A stretch of 64,000 bases of DNA from Emiliania huxleyi CCMP1516 (lineage: Eukaryota). Position numbers and translations under genes: made by a program. Below are positions 1 through 12,700 of the stretch, piece by piece; positions within the stretch are counted from its first letter, which is position 1, and each line of letters opens with the position of its first letter. The DNA is taken from contig NW_005201213.1 of the NCBI RefSeq assembly GCF_000372725.1, forward strand, positions 124,001 through 188,000. The letters run 5' to 3'. The notes below the pieces were generated by a model. That model was not told the DNA's origin. It saw only the letters and a list, made by a program, of their open reading frames with translations, and did not search any database.

Positions 1-141
1 GAGAGGCTGAGCAGAGGAGAAAAGGGGGCGCGCGCGCTGTGGTCTGTGCGGGCGGCGCAAGCCATTTTGGCGCGGCGAGGCGCGTCCCCGCCGCCCTGCG
101 CCCCGCATGACTGAGCTGCCCTGGCGCGTCCCGCTGCGCAG

Positions 142-893
142 GCTGCAGTCGGAGCTCATGTCGCTCATGATGGGCGGCGACGCGGGCATCTCTGCGTTCC
201 CTGACGGGGACAACATCTTTCAGTGGACGGGCACGATCACGGGCGGCGCTGGGACGGTGCGCCGCTGTGAGGCCTCGCGATCCGCCGCAGCGCTGCTGCG
301 CGCGCACGCAACGCTCTTGCATCGCGCGCGCTGACGCCGCGCTCCCTCGCAGGTGTACGAGGGCCTCACCTTCAAGCTGTCGCTCAAATTCCCGACTGGC
401 TACCCGTACGAGGCGCCCGCGGTCACCTTCAACCCGCCCAGCTGCTTCCACCCCAACGTGGACCAGTACGGCAACATCTGCTTGGACATCCTCAAGGAGA
501 AGTGGTCGGCCGTGTACAACGTGCGCACCATCCTCCTCTCCATCCAGTCGCTGCTTGGTGCGCGCCTCTCGGGAGACACACACACGCACACACGTACCGC
601 GGAGGGGGAGCCAGCGCTCTCCCCCTTCCCCCTCGCCGCCTGCCCGAGTCTCGCTCACAAGCGCTCGGCGCGCCATCTCAGGGGATCCAAACCTCGACTC
701 GCCGCTCAACGGGCACGCCGCCTCGCTATGGCCGAACCAGGCTGACTTCAAAAAGGCGCGCCTCTCTCCGCGCCCGCGGAGCGGCTCGCGCCGCCGCTCC
801 TCCGACCCCCTCTCCGACCCCCCCCTTCCCCCCATGGAGCAGGCGCTGCTCAAGCACAAGAGCAGCTTGCCCTCCGGCGAGCGGAGGCCGTAG
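142..893 (+). CDS. UBE2C: Ubiquitin-conjugating enzyme E2-C (UbcH10/UBC19-20 type), 5' exon not identified; exons 142-256, 353-557, 682-755, 843-893
   Basis: Spliced translation [10 protein letters not shown]...[13 protein letters not shown]...[47 protein letters not shown] contains the HPN motif and catalytic Cys; GT/GC-AG junctions restore the frame. Confidence 0.9.
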
Positions 894-1189
894 GACCGGC
901 GCGCAGCCGCGGCGGCGGGCGATGCGGCGCCCAGGCCAACAGATGCCGCGGCGCGCTTAGAGAGCCCACGCGCGGAGCGGAGGGCGAGAGCAGAGCGCTC
1001 GGAGAGAGGTCGGGTGTAAGTCGGGGGCGATTCGCAGGGCCAGGGCGGGATGTGAGCTTGTTTGCGGGAGGCAGTGCGGGTTAACGCGCGACATGCAGAG
1101 TTGACTTTTAGAGGCTGATGCTGATGCTGTTCTACACACCTTGATCCTTGTGGCTTACAGATACAGCAAACAAGGACGCCCCTCCTCAA

Positions 1190-1615
1190 GACCTCGAGCT
1201 CAAGACCTCCTCGCCGGGCGTTGGCAACGCCTCGAGTGGCGGCACGCCCGCCTCCGTTGGCCACTCCTACGCCTTCGGCAACACCGAAGAAAAGGCCCGC
1301 CGCCTAAACATGGGCTGCAAGGCGCGCGGGCAGCCCGGCCAACCCTTCGACCACAACGGACCGGCCACACGGCTACGTCAAGGCGCATCGCGGTTTCTAC
1401 CACGACGCGATCTTTGTCAAGCGCAACAACTTCAACCTGCTGCTCCACGAGACGTTCGGCGGCGGCTTCTCGCCCACCGCCGTTCTCAAGCTGCGCCGCC
1501 TCGCGCGCAAAGTCGCGCGCGGCAGCGTTGACCGCACGGCCTACTCGCCCAAGTACTCGCTCTCTTTTATGTCCCACCATGCAGAGCGCATCTCTCTCTC
1601 TGTTGTGCGAGGCGT
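1190..1615 (+). mobile_element. Frameshifted 3' fragment of a probable non-LTR retrotransposon (restriction-like endonuclease C-terminus)
   Basis: Broken frame ELKTSSP...AFGNTEE...GYVKAHRGFYHDAIFVKRNNFNLLLHETFGGGFSP...LRRLAR...SFMSHHAERIS resembles CRE/R2-type endonuclease tails; frameshift near 1365. Confidence 0.45.
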
Positions 1616-2020
1616 GAACCGCGCCATTCGCTCTCACCTGGCAACCCTGTCTGCACGTCTCGCGCGCGCGTGAACAGGGCTCCAGGCCCCAAATGACGTG
1701 TGTGAGTGTTAGAGTTGTTTGGTATTGCTAAAAATCTCTCTCTCAGATACAGACCCCGTACTGCCCTTACACATCTGATCAGACATCTGTGAAGTGTCAT
1801 CTCACCTTCCCCGTTCCCAAGATTCCGGACCGAACACTTTTACACAATAAATAATAAATAAATACAACGGACATCCCAAGCTACGGCTGGGTCGAGGACA
1901 GACACGTCCCCACCTTTGCAGGATTTTGCAAAAGCGAGGGGGGAGGGCGCATCGAACACTTTTACACGGCTCATTCCAAGGCCTAGTTTTTCTTTTTCGC
2001 TCCTGGCCTCTCTGAGCTCA

Positions 2021-2785
2021 ATGATGGCGCTCGTCGCCGCTGCAGCCGGCCTGGCCGGTCCGATGGTATCGCTGCCGCGACCCATGCCGGCCGCGGCGCG
2101 GCCTGCTGTCGCGCGCATCTCGATGCAGCTCGAGCCATCGGAGGAGGTGTCGGCGGCCTTCCGCTCGCTCGGGATCGGAGAGGACGAGTCGTATGATGGC
2201 ATCATGGCTGCGTACGAGACGCTGAAAGCGAAGAACGCGGGCAACACGAAGGCGGTCATCAAGCTCGAGGTTGCGAAGGACCGTGTGATGGACCACCGGC
2301 TGCGGCAGCGCATGAGCGGCTCGCTGAAGCCGGACCGCAAGTTTGGCGAGGACCTCAGGCCGAAGGATGCGAAGAAGCCGCTCATCACGCTGCCGCCGTT
2401 TCTGGAGGAGATTGCGGAGCTGCCGAAGCGGACGTACCTCGTGACCAACATCGCCGTCTTCGGCATCTTTGGCCTCCTGCCCGTCTTTGAGGCGTCGTTT
2501 GTCTCGAGCTCGATCGGGCTAAACTTTGGCATCGCAATGTTCCGGCTGTACAACCGGGGCGCGCCCGACACGGGCAACGACGAGGACATGGCGATGCGGC
2601 CAGTCAACAAGCGCGCCTCGTTCCTCACCTTCGGCATCTGCGGCCTCGCGACGGCGCTCGGCGGCCTGCTCGGACAGCTCCTCAAGCCCCTCCTCTTCTT
2701 CCTCTCAGAGTCGGCGGCCATCTCTCTCGGCGCCTCCGCGGCACTCTGCTTTGCCTGCTCCTTCTTCAAAGTGCAAGGGGAGTAG
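2021..2785 (+). CDS. CPP1/CDF1-like (chaperone-like protein of POR1) plastid membrane protein
   Basis: Bipartite-looking leader, J-like region (FRSLGIGEDESYDGIMAAYETLK...AKDRVMDHRLRQRMSG) and several C-terminal hydrophobic helices; single exon. Confidence 0.75.
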   Translation: MMALVAAAAGLAGPMVSLPRPMPAAARPAVARISMQLEPSEEVSAAFRSLGIGEDESYDGIMAAYETLKAKNAGNTKAVIKLEVAKDRVMDHRLRQRMSGSLKPDRKFGEDLRPKDAKKPLITLPPFLEEIAELPKRTYLVTNIAVFGIFGLLPVFEASFVSSSIGLNFGIAMFRLYNRGAPDTGNDEDMAMRPVNKRASFLTFGICGLATALGGLLGQLLKPLLFFLSESAAISLGASAALCFACSFFKVQGE

Positions 2786-3120
2786 CGCCGTCGCTCTCTT
2801 TCCCGACACGCGGCCACTTCACACGCGCTGCACGTACGAGCGCTCCATGCCCCCGTGCACCCCGCGGTCTCCGATACACGTCTCTCCGCGGCGCAGAGCC
2901 CGCCCTGCGGGACGCGCGTAACAGGAACACGCCGGACGCGCTCTGTGTCGAGGTGTAGAGGCTAACGCGCACGAGTTTTTTCAAGACACTGAGAAGACGG
3001 GCGGGCGCGCGCGCGCCGCGCGCGCCGGGCCGGGCCGGCGGGCGGGGGCCCCGGCGCAGTCCGGGGGGAGTTAAATAAATAAAAAAAACGGACACCTCTA
3101 CCAGGAGGGGTAAAAACTTC

Positions 3121-4002
3121 TCACAGCTCCTCCTTGCCACCACCCGCCTCTGGCGCCCCTTCCGGCTCCCCGTCCCTCACATGCCACCACGGCCACTCGC
3201 CAATCCGTGTCCCTCCGCTGCCGCCGCCGCCAGGGTGCCAGGTCTCAAAAAAGTTGCACGCGATGGGGAGGCCGAGCCGGTGGCGCGAGGCGAAGTCACG
3301 CGCCCGGTAGCGCTTCCGCGCGTCCGCCGGCGCGCCGTGACTAGCGCCGCTGCTGGCGCCGGCGGCCAGCCGACTGTCCTCTGCGTGGAGCGAGAGGCGG
3401 CCGTGCGGCTGCTCCCACAGGGCAAAGGTGACGCGGTGCTCAGCGAGGCAGAGGCGGTCGGCGGCGGGGCAGGGCTGCGGGCGGGCGCCCTCGTACCGCA
3501 CGAGCGTCTTTCCCCGCGCGGTCTCGTTGGCCGGGATGTCGTAGACGAGCCAGAGGAGGCGCTCCGCCTCGGAGGGGGCGTCGCGGAAGGGGACGTCCTG
3601 CGCGCCGGGGGGAGAGGGAGGCTGGAGCGCGGGCGGGCGAGGGAGGGGCGGGCGGGCGGGCTGCACCGGGTCCACCGCGATGAGCGTGTGCAGCGTCCCC
3701 GGTCGACTGTGGCTCCCGAGAGCAAACCGGACGGTGGGGGCGCGCTCGACCAGGGCGGGCGCGATAGGCTTGCCGAAGCGAACCTCGCGCGCCGCCGGGC
3801 CCGCGCCGTACGTGAGGCCGAGCTCCGTCATAGGCACAAACGGACCGACCACATCCGGCACGACCTCTGCGTATTGCAGGTGGCTGTACGGGTAGCTGTG
3901 GTCTCGCGGGTCGTGCTCGGGGTAGGCGCAGCACGCCTCGTCGAAGTCGGCACTCCCGGCCGCAAGCCCACATAGGAGGGAGAGGCGCCGTCGAGGTGGC
4001 AT
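3121..4002 (-). CDS. Phosphatidylethanolamine-binding protein (PEBP/RKIP family), probably ER-resident; intron 3598-3666
   Basis: VVPDVV, TLIAVDP|DVP, LLWLVYDIP, HRVTFALWEQ and LGLPIACNFF motifs; short hydrophobic N-terminus and C-terminal KEEL. Confidence 0.8.
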   Translation of the reverse strand: MPPRRRLSLLCGLAAGSADFDEACCAYPEHDPRDHSYPYSHLQYAEVVPDVVGPFVPMTELGLTYGAGPAAREVRFGKPIAPALVERAPTVRFALGSHSRPGTLHTLIAVDPVQPARPPLPRPPALQPPSPPGAQDVPFRDAPSEAERLLWLVYDIPANETARGKTLVRYEGARPQPCPAADRLCLAEHRVTFALWEQPHGRLSLHAEDSRLAAGASSGASHGAPADARKRYRARDFASRHRLGLPIACNFFETWHPGGGGSGGTRIGEWPWWHVRDGEPEGAPEAGGGKEEL

Positions 4003-4171
4003 GCTCACCGTCAGGAAGAAGAAATCGCGGAGGCCACTGAGAAAATACCCGCGAAGGCGCTGTAAACAGAAAGAAAGAAAGAAAACAGGCGCCCAGAACA
4101 CTGCGAACAAGCGTGTCGGGAGCGGCTTGATTGATTGACCGCAGTCTACAGCGCCTTCAGCTGCCGCCGCC

Positions 4172-4736
4172 ATGGGAGGGATATTGCCCAAGCCGACCGC
4201 GCTCGAGACCGCGACGAAGGTTTACACCCTCTTCGGCGAGGGCAAGATCCCCGAGATCGGCGAGCTGTACGCGGAGGGCGGCACGGTGACGTGGATGGGC
4301 GACAAGGGCAAGGAGGAGCACGACGATGGCTTCGGCGGCTTCGCGGCGGGCGTGCTCTCGCGCATCCCAGTCGAATGGCAGGGCTTCGCCCTCGACTGGG
4401 ACAAGCGCGAGGTGCGCTCTAAAACAATCGCGATCGCGCGCAATGCTGCGCGCGGGCCGCCTGAGCCCATGAGACTGCGCCACTGCGCCGCCCAACGCCG
4501 GCTCGTTGGAAAATTCTCTCATGCGCCGCTCGCCTTCGCCGCAGGTCCTGATCGACGCGGGCCCGAAGTGTCTCATCAAGCTACCGGCGAAGACGTCGAA
4601 CGGGCTGGACACGTACTTCGTCCACTACTACGAGGTGAACGACGCCGGCAAGATCCTGAAGTTCATGGCGCTCGACGACGGCGCCGGCCTCGCCAAGTAC
4701 CGCGTGGGCACGACGGCGGCGGAGCCCGAGAATTAA
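4172..4736 (+). CDS. SnoaL-like / NTF2-fold small protein; exons 4172-4411 and 4545-4736
   Basis: VYTLFGEGKIPEIGELYAEGGTVTW...FVHYYEVNDAGKILKF pattern typical of the NTF2/SnoaL fold; clean GT-AG phase-0 intron; N-terminal MG. Confidence 0.65.
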
Positions 4737-6428
4737 GGGCAAAGGAAGGGGCATCAAAACCTGCCCGGTTCCTCCTCCTCTGTGGAGCAATCCTCTCTCA
4801 TCTCTACCTCCTCCCTGAGAGATTCTTATGTTGTTGGCCAGTTGTTGCATGTTGGCAAAGCAAGACAATCGATGAGAGTCGTGATTTCTTGTTCGAGCTT
4901 TTCAAATAAGAGCTCACACAAAATCACAAAACACAAATCAATTGCTAAACATCTCTCTCTCTCTCAAAATCACTGCTCAGAGCGACAGAGAGGGTGGAAA
5001 GCGAACGTGTAGAGTGAATCTCAGAGACAGAGTGTAAGTGTTCAGTTGTCCCTCCGCAAACCACACCTGCTGTGAGTGAGTCCTTTTTTTTAGCAATACC
5101 AATTTTTGTTTTGGTGAGTGAGTGAGTATTCTTGACACGAAACCACGACGACACACACACGCCTGCTCTTCACATAAAAGCACAAGATCAAGAAACCGGC
5201 CGGGCCCGAAAATCGCACGAACGACAGCACAGTGACACTCTTCACAGCCTTGTGTTGTGTTGTGTTTGCCTTGTTATGAGAAGAAAATACGTCCTATGGC
5301 GCTATGCGCTGGTCTGTGAGAGGTTGAGGTGCGAGCCCTGGAGGCCCTTCACAGCACTCGCACAGCACAAGCTTTGTTTGCCTGCGCTGGCGGGTGGTGG
5401 CTTCAGCATGTGCAGCTGTTCTCTTTCCCGACTTGACCTGCATATACTTTTCCGGCAAACAAAAAGGAAAACAGAGGGTCCCCAGCACTTTGCGTTTCCG
5501 GAAATTTCCAGGGAAAACAGAGGGTGTTTCTTTGGTGCTCCATTCTGGAAACTCTCGAGTTTCCCTGAGTCTGAGAGCTGGTCTGGGGCAAAATCTGAGG
5601 CAAAATTGAGGAAATCGGCACGATACCCAGGCGGTCGCAGGGTATTTTCCAGGTATACCCGGGGGTTTCCAGGTATACCCGCAAAATACCCGGTATTTTG
5701 CCGATTTGGCTGATTTTGAGCCCAAACCAGCCTCAGACTCGGCTCAGAGCCCGGAAAATTTGATGGTTTCCCCGGGGAAATAGAGAGGAAAAGAGAGGGT
5801 GCTGTAGAGAAAAAAGGAAAGGAAAAGAGACGGGGTGCGAGAGGAAAAGTATATTCAGCCTAATTCCCGACGGACCCTGTGAAAAAGTGAGGCGTGGTCC
5901 TCGCCTGATTGGAAAAGGCAAAGAAAAGAAAAGAAAAAACAAACGCATACGCATCACGATTCCTGATCTCGCGTCTTAACAAGCAGGCATCAACAAGCAG
6001 GCGCGCAAGATGCGTACCATCTGGGTCCCCTTAGAGGGTGGATGGTGCGCAAACGCATTTTTCTTTTTTGTCGTGCGCAGCATCTTGAAAATTATTTTTT
6101 CCGTCAACGACGGCTTCTGGGAGGACGAATTAGAAGCCGTCGTCCGCGCTTTGCCTGTTGAGTGAATCGTGCGGCCCGTGAAATTCTTTTGTGGTCTGTG
6201 GATTCCTATCAGCTATCTCATGAAGAGAAGAGTTTGGTTTTTTGACTTTCTTCTTTTTCGACAGCACAGTGAGGTGTTCCTATCTCGACGGACCCTGTTC
6301 TAGCAAGACGGAACTGCCTTAGAAAAGAAAACGCGGCAGTGCGATTCCCTATCTCGCTGTGTCCGCGCTTCTCACTTGGTCCAAGCACGCCGAGCCTAGG
6401 CCGCCCTTGCCGCCCCTCGACAGACTCG

Positions 6429-9400
6429 ATGCCGCCGCCTCCATCGGCCGTGCCCAGCAGCTCGCACCGCCGTGGCACTGTGCACGAGTCCGACCCGGAC
6501 GTTGCCGGCGACGACGCCACCGCGGCCAAGGAGCCAGAAAGCTTCGTGTCGCTCTTCGAAGCCAACGTCGAGAAGCTTGGAGGGCAGAGGCTCTATACGT
6601 GGCACTCCTCGGCAGAGTGCACCGGCGATATCGTTTGGAGCTACACCGAGCTGGCGCAGCGAGGACGCGCCGTCTGCTGTGCGCTGCGGCGGCGGTGGGA
6701 GGTCGGCGACGGCGCCCGGGTCATGCTCATCTATCCGCCAGGCCTCGACTTCCTCGTCGCATTCTTCGGCTGCCAATACGCCGCCGTGATCGCCGTGCCC
6801 TACTACCCGCCCATCATCCCGGCGAGCCCGATGCCATCCGCTGGCGCCAAGAAGATGCTCGCCGACGGCTTGGCCAAGGTGGTTCGCATCTACAGCAGCT
6901 GCCACCCGGAGCTGCTGCTCTCCACGACAATGTGCGCCCTCGCCCGGCTGCCGCCGCGGCAGCTGCCGGCCGCGGGCAGCTCGGGGCTGGCCGGACCCAC
7001 CCGTGGCAGCCCACGCCCCACCCCTCCCTCGGTCCCGGCCCGCAAGAGAGTGGCGAGCGCCCGAAGCAGCAGCGTGGTTCAGCACACGCGCCGGCCGCGA
7101 GCGCTACCTGTGCCGCCGCGCAGGTACCTGCGGCTCAAGTGGCTCTCGAGCAAGCTCCTCGGCGGCGACTGCTCCTGGCCCTCCTCCTGGAACTGGCGCG
7201 CCGCCAGGGAGGGAGGGGAGGCCAAGCCACGCCAACCGAGACGCCAAAGACTAGCCGCCCGAACACTCGCCGCCCGAACACTCGCCGCCCGAACACTCGC
7301 CGCCCGAACACTCGCCGCCCGAACACTCGCCGCCCGAACACTCGCCGCCCGAACATTCGCCGCCCGACCTCAGGCGCTCCACCGACGACCTCTCGACCCG
7401 CCTCCCGCCAAAGGAGGCGCGTCCCTCCCTCGCTTGCCGCTCCACACGAGCCCGCCGCCACTCCGCCTCGGGGGGGGCCTTCACGACGGCGCCGCAAAAA
7501 AGAATTCGGTGCGGACGCCGCTCCTCGTTGCGCAGGCGGCATGGCTGGAGGGCTGGCTGCGGCAGCGGCGCGAGCCGGTGGCGGCGGCACACCACGGCCC
7601 GGGGGGTCGTGAGGCTCGGCACTGAGCAAGAGGGGTCGTCGTAGGCGTCGCCCGACGAGATCGCTTTTCTCCAATTCACGTCCGGGTCGACGGGCCACCC
7701 GAAGGGTTGGAGAGCGGTCTGCCGCCGACGGGGCAGGCGTGAGTTGCTCGACCGCCGGCGGTGACTCGTGGCTATAGGCGTGATGATCTCGACCAACAAC
7801 CTCGTCAACAATATCCTCGCCATGCGGCAGGTGCCGCCACAGCCCCGAACCACAGCCCCGCCGTCCCATCACGACCGCAGACACGTTGGCCGCTCCGCCG
7901 ACGCGGTGGCGAGGGTGGCGGCGGCGAGGGTGGCGGCGGGGAGGGTGGCACCGAGGGTGGAGGCGGTGAGGGCGGCGGCGGCGAGGGCGGCGGCGGCGAG
8001 TGTGGGGGTGGCGAGGGTGGGGGCGGCGTTGGCGGTGCCGGTTCCCCTGCCGCCGCTCCTCGGCCCACCCTGCAACGCTCCCCCCTCCGGCAGACGACGC
8101 GCCGCATCCACCCGGTCGAGTCCATCTGCATGGTGTCGTGGCTGCCGCAGTACCACGACATGGGCATCATCGGCGCAACACACATCGCGTGGCGAGACCG
8201 CTGCGGCAGGGTTGGCCTCGTCCGGAGCCTCTGAGGTTCCGCGGTAGGCGGCTGCCTCTTTGCGCCAATCATCGGCTTCAGCGCCGACCTCATGTCGCCC
8301 GCCACGTTCCTGCAGCACCCGGTCGCGTGGCTGCGCGCAATCTCAAAGCTACACAAGACGCACCAGGTCTCCTCCGCCGCCGCGTCCCACCGTTCCCGCC
8401 CGCCCCCGACGCGATTCCCCCGCCCGCCCAGGTCTTCACCGCGTCGCCAAACTTCGGGTATATCCTGTGCCTCCGCCGCATCAAAGAGGAGAAGCTGCAG
8501 GGCCTCCGCCTCAACCACTGGAAGTGCGCCCTAAACGGTCTTCGCCGCGTCAGCGACAGGAGGGCCGACGTCAGGCTGCTTAGAGGTGCGCGAGTTGTGG
8601 GAATTTAGGCGCAGAGCCGATCCGCGCCGAGACATTGCGCGAGTTTGGCGCGCGCTACGGCGCTTACGGCTTCGAGCCGACGGCGTGGGGCTGCTCGTAC
8701 GGGCTGGCCGAGAATTGCGTGTACGTCGCCGGCACGATGGAGCGGCCCGCCACGCTGCAGGTGCGGCGCGGGCTGTGGGCCGGAGACGTTGCGTGGCCTG
8801 CGGAGGAGGGCGACGGCGCGCTCTTCGAGTGCCCCGGCTGCTTCTTTCAGCCGGAGTGGCGGACGCACCAGTCGGTCCGGATCGTGCACCCGGACTCGCT
8901 GGAGGAGATGGCCGACGGGACCGTCGGAGAGATTTGGGTCGGCGGCCAATCGGTCGCGCGCGGCTACTGGGATTTGCCCGAGGTGTCGCGCCATACTTTT
9001 GGGGCGCAGCTGGCCGAGGCGGACGGCCCGGTGCACATGCGGTCCGGCGAGCTCCGAGCGCCCTCCCGCGGGGACGTTTGGGACGACACGGCCCTCAGGC
9101 CGGCGTATTCTCACCGCAGGCGACCTTGGCTTCGTGTGGGAGAGCCGGTTGTACGTCGTCGGCGAGAAGAAGAGAGCTGAGGCGGGCCGGGCCCCATTCG
9201 GGCCCCAAATCCGAGACGCCGAAGTGACTCGCTGTAGGTCGCATCAAGGACGTGCTCACCATGCGGGGCCGGACACTTCACGCGCACGACATCGAGGGGC
9301 ATGCCGAGCGCGGCTCGGGCGCTCTTCGACCGGGCTGTTGCGCCGCGTTCTCGATCCAGCCTCCGGAAGAGGAAGGAGAGGTGCTGGTGTTGATGGCCGA

Positions 9401-9731
9401 GCTGCGGCCAGAGCAGGCCAACAACAGCGAGGCGGAGCTGCTGGCGGTGGTCCGTGACGTGGTCAAGGCGGTCAAGGACGGAGAGGGCATCAAGCCGCAC
9501 GCACTCGTTCTCCTCAAGGTGCCCACCCCACCCCAACTACCATCCACCCCCACCTCACACGTCGCTGACGGCTTCCTCTCCCCACCTGGCTGGAAGGCCC
9601 GCGCCATCCTCAAGACCACATCCGGCAAGCTCCGCCGGCGCGAGCTGCGAGAGGCCTACCTGCAGATGGCCCAGGTCCGCGCTACGGGCGCCGAGCCGAC
9701 GCGGCAGCGGTTGCTCATCCCGATGCAAGCG
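6429..9731 (+). other. Fatty acyl-AMP ligase (FAAL)-type loading domain of the PKS, intron-rich
   Basis: YPPGLDFLVAFFGC, IAFLQFTSGSTGHPKGVM, SWLPQYHDMGIIG, SPNFGY, NGAEPI, SYGLAE, GEIWV...VARGYW, RSGDLGF, GRIKD, KTTSGKLRR. Confidence 0.88.
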
Positions 9732-12700
9732 GTGAGTGTACCCCGCACGGCTCACGTCACCCTCGTGTTTGACCGTGTTGACCGGCGCTTCCCTCTCGGC
9801 ACTCCTCGGCAGATTCATAGACCCCCCCCCTCCCCCCCCCCCCTCTGCCCCCCCTGCCCCCCAGGTCGTCCTTCACTGGGACGTTTCCCTCGCCGGGCTC
9901 GAGGAGCCGCAGGAGCAAACCCGCGATGGGGAGTCGACGCCGCCGCAGGGCCACAACAGCTCGCGCTCGCCTTCGAACAGCAAAGAGGGGTGGTGGGTGC
10001 ATCGGCGCGACGCCCTCGAGCGGAGCCCGCCACGGTTCGAAGAGGCACCGTCGCCCCAAGGAACGGCCGGCGCACCCGTGGTGACTGAGAAGCCGATCTT
10101 GCCAGCGTCGCCAGAGACGCGGGCGGAGGCTGTGCTTCCGCCGCCGCCTCCGCCGGGGGGGCAGTCCCTGTACGCCAACCCCATCAGCTTGGAAGACCTG
10201 TACGCGCTCGCTGTCGAATGCCTCGGCTCGGACCTCTCGCCGGATGCACCGCTGATGGACGCCGGCTTCGACTCTGCAAACGCGCTCGAGCTCCAGGGCG
10301 AGCTCACCGAGCGCCTCGGCGTCTCGGACCTGCCGGAGACGCTCATGTTCGACTACCCCACCCTGCGCCAGATGGCGGCGCATTTCAACTCGTACACCAC
10401 GACGGCGCTGCCGGCGGAGGAGGCGTGGAACCAGGACACGCGAGGCCTCGCCGATGCGCCCGTGGCAACCGTCGGCGCGATGCGCGGCGCGCTTGCCGGC
10501 GGTGTCTCCACGATGGCGGCGCTGGAGTCCATGGTCGGAACCGCCGCCGACAGGATCACGGAGGTGCCGCTGGCCCGCTGGGACCTCGGCAAGCAGCACG
10601 CAGCCAGCGACCTGATCGGCTTGCGCGCCCGGCACGGCGGGTTCGTGGACAACGCGGAGCTCTTTGACAACGCCTTCTTCAGCATTTCGCCGGCCGAGGC
10701 CAGAGACATGGATCCCCAGCAGCGGCTGCTCCTCGAGCAGGGGTACGCGGCGCTGCACGGCGCCGGCTCGGTTCGCGATTCTCTGGTGGGTCGCGTGGCG
10801 GGTGTCTATTTGGGCATCGCCGGGAGCGACTTTCAGCACATGGTGACGCGCACACCTGTGCACCTACGCGGTGTGTACACTGCGACGGGCAGCAGCCACT
10901 CGGTCGCCGCAGGCCGCATCTCGTTTGTGCTCGGGATGCAGGGCCCGTGCGTGTCGTACGACACCGCGTGCTCGGCGGCGCTAGCGGCGAGCCACGGGGC
11001 GCTGCGCGCGCTTCAGCACAAGGAGTGCACTGAAGGGCTTGTCGTGGGCGTGAGCCTCATGCTCCTTCCAGATTGCCACCTGACTTTCGCCATGGCCGGC
11101 ATGCTCTCCGCCGGCGGCCACTGCCACACCTTCGACTCGCGCGCGGACGGGTACGCGCGTGGCGAGGCGTGCTGCGCAGTCGCGCTTCAGATGAGGGACG
11201 CCGACAGCTCAGCGGCCCTTCGTTTCCTCGGCAGCTGCGTGCGGCAGGACGGCAAGAGCGCGAGCCTGACGGCGCCCAACGGCCAGGCGCAGCAGGCCCT
11301 TCTAAAGGCCGCGCTCGCCGACGCATCCGTGCACACCGAGCAAGTAGCTTGCGTGGAGGCTCACGGCACGGGCACGGCATTGGGCGACCCGATCGAGACG
11401 CGGTCATTGGCGCACATAATCTCAAAACGCATGGCTGATGAGGCGCTCGCGTTGGGCAGCGTCAAGGCGAACGCCGGGCACACCGAGCCAGCTGCGGGCA
11501 TCACGGGTCTGCTGCGGCTTGCCCTGAGCTTGCAGGACGGCCTTGGTGCCCCGAATGGCCAGCTGCGCGCGATCAATCCGCACGTTGGCAATTCGCTAAA
11601 GGGAATCGCTTGCGCGCTTCCGACCCAGCTGTCGGCCGCGCCAATATGTGCGGCCCAGACGGGAAGCGATTGCGCCGGCGGCGTGAGCTCGTTTGGGTAC
11701 AGCGGCACGATCGTGCACGCGCTGCTCCAGGACGACGGCGTGGCGCGTGGCGCGGGCAGGCCGGCGGCGGCTTCGTCGCCGCATTACGTGCGCCGGTCTT
11801 TCGCGTGGTCGGAGCAGGCGCATCCGCTAGCGCAGGGGGTGGACGCGGCGGCGCCGAGCGGGCTCGTTCGCTACGCATCACCGGCAGCCGGCGCACTGCG
11901 TAGCTTGTCGGCGGACCACATCGTCCAGGGCCGCGTCGTCTTCCCTGGCGCCGGCTACCTCGAGATGGCGCGCGCGGCGAGCGACGCTGCGACCGACGCG
12001 GCGACCGACGCGGCGAGCAGCTTGCTCCGGCGCGTCTTCTTCCTGCAGCCCCTCTTGCTCGACGGCGACGTGGCACAGTTGCGCGTGGTGTGCGAGCTCA
12101 ACGCGGCGGAGGAGCGCTTCGAGGTGCGAAGCGAGCTCACCGAGGAAGGGGCAAGCACCGCCCATTGCGGCGGCTCGACGGGTGCGGCGCCGCCGGACGA
12201 CGAGCGGCGGCGCCCACAGCCGGCTGCGGTGCGCGGGAGCTGCGGGGCGGCGGTGAGCGCCGCGGACCTGTACTCCGCGTTCCGGGGGATGGGCCTCGAG
12301 TACGGCCCTGCGTACCGCACGCTCGCGGGCATGTGGGCGTCGCCAGCTTCGGGTGCTGCGGTGGGGCAGCTGCGGCGGCGCAGGCGGCTGCAGGGCACCT
12401 CCGTGCACCCAGCCGACCTGGACGGCGCGCTGCAGCTGACGGCGCTGCTCGCGACTGGCGCGGCGTCGGAGGTGCGGCTGCCGTTCTCGGTCGAGTCGGC
12501 AGCGCTGCGCGGCGCACGCGGCCACTTGTGCCCGGTGGCGGAGCGGCAGTCGGCGAGCACGACTCGCGTCGCTCTGGTGAGTCAGAGCCGACGCGGCGGA
12601 GGCGGCGCGCATTTGTCGGGCTTCGAGACGCGAGCCCTCAAGGCCGGCGCCGCCGCGCGGCCGGCTGCGCCGAAGAGGCACCTGTACGTGACGGCGTGGA

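Noticed and set aside
4900..6330. AT-richer region with repeated GGAAAACAGAGGGT and GGTATACCC motifs, with short matches near 54865 and 61666
   Set aside because: Probably transposon debris, but no TIR pair or TSD could be defined and the ORFs look non-coding
7805..8518. Minus-strand extensin-like SPPPP ORF
   Set aside because: Low-complexity intron sequence antisense to FAAL exons
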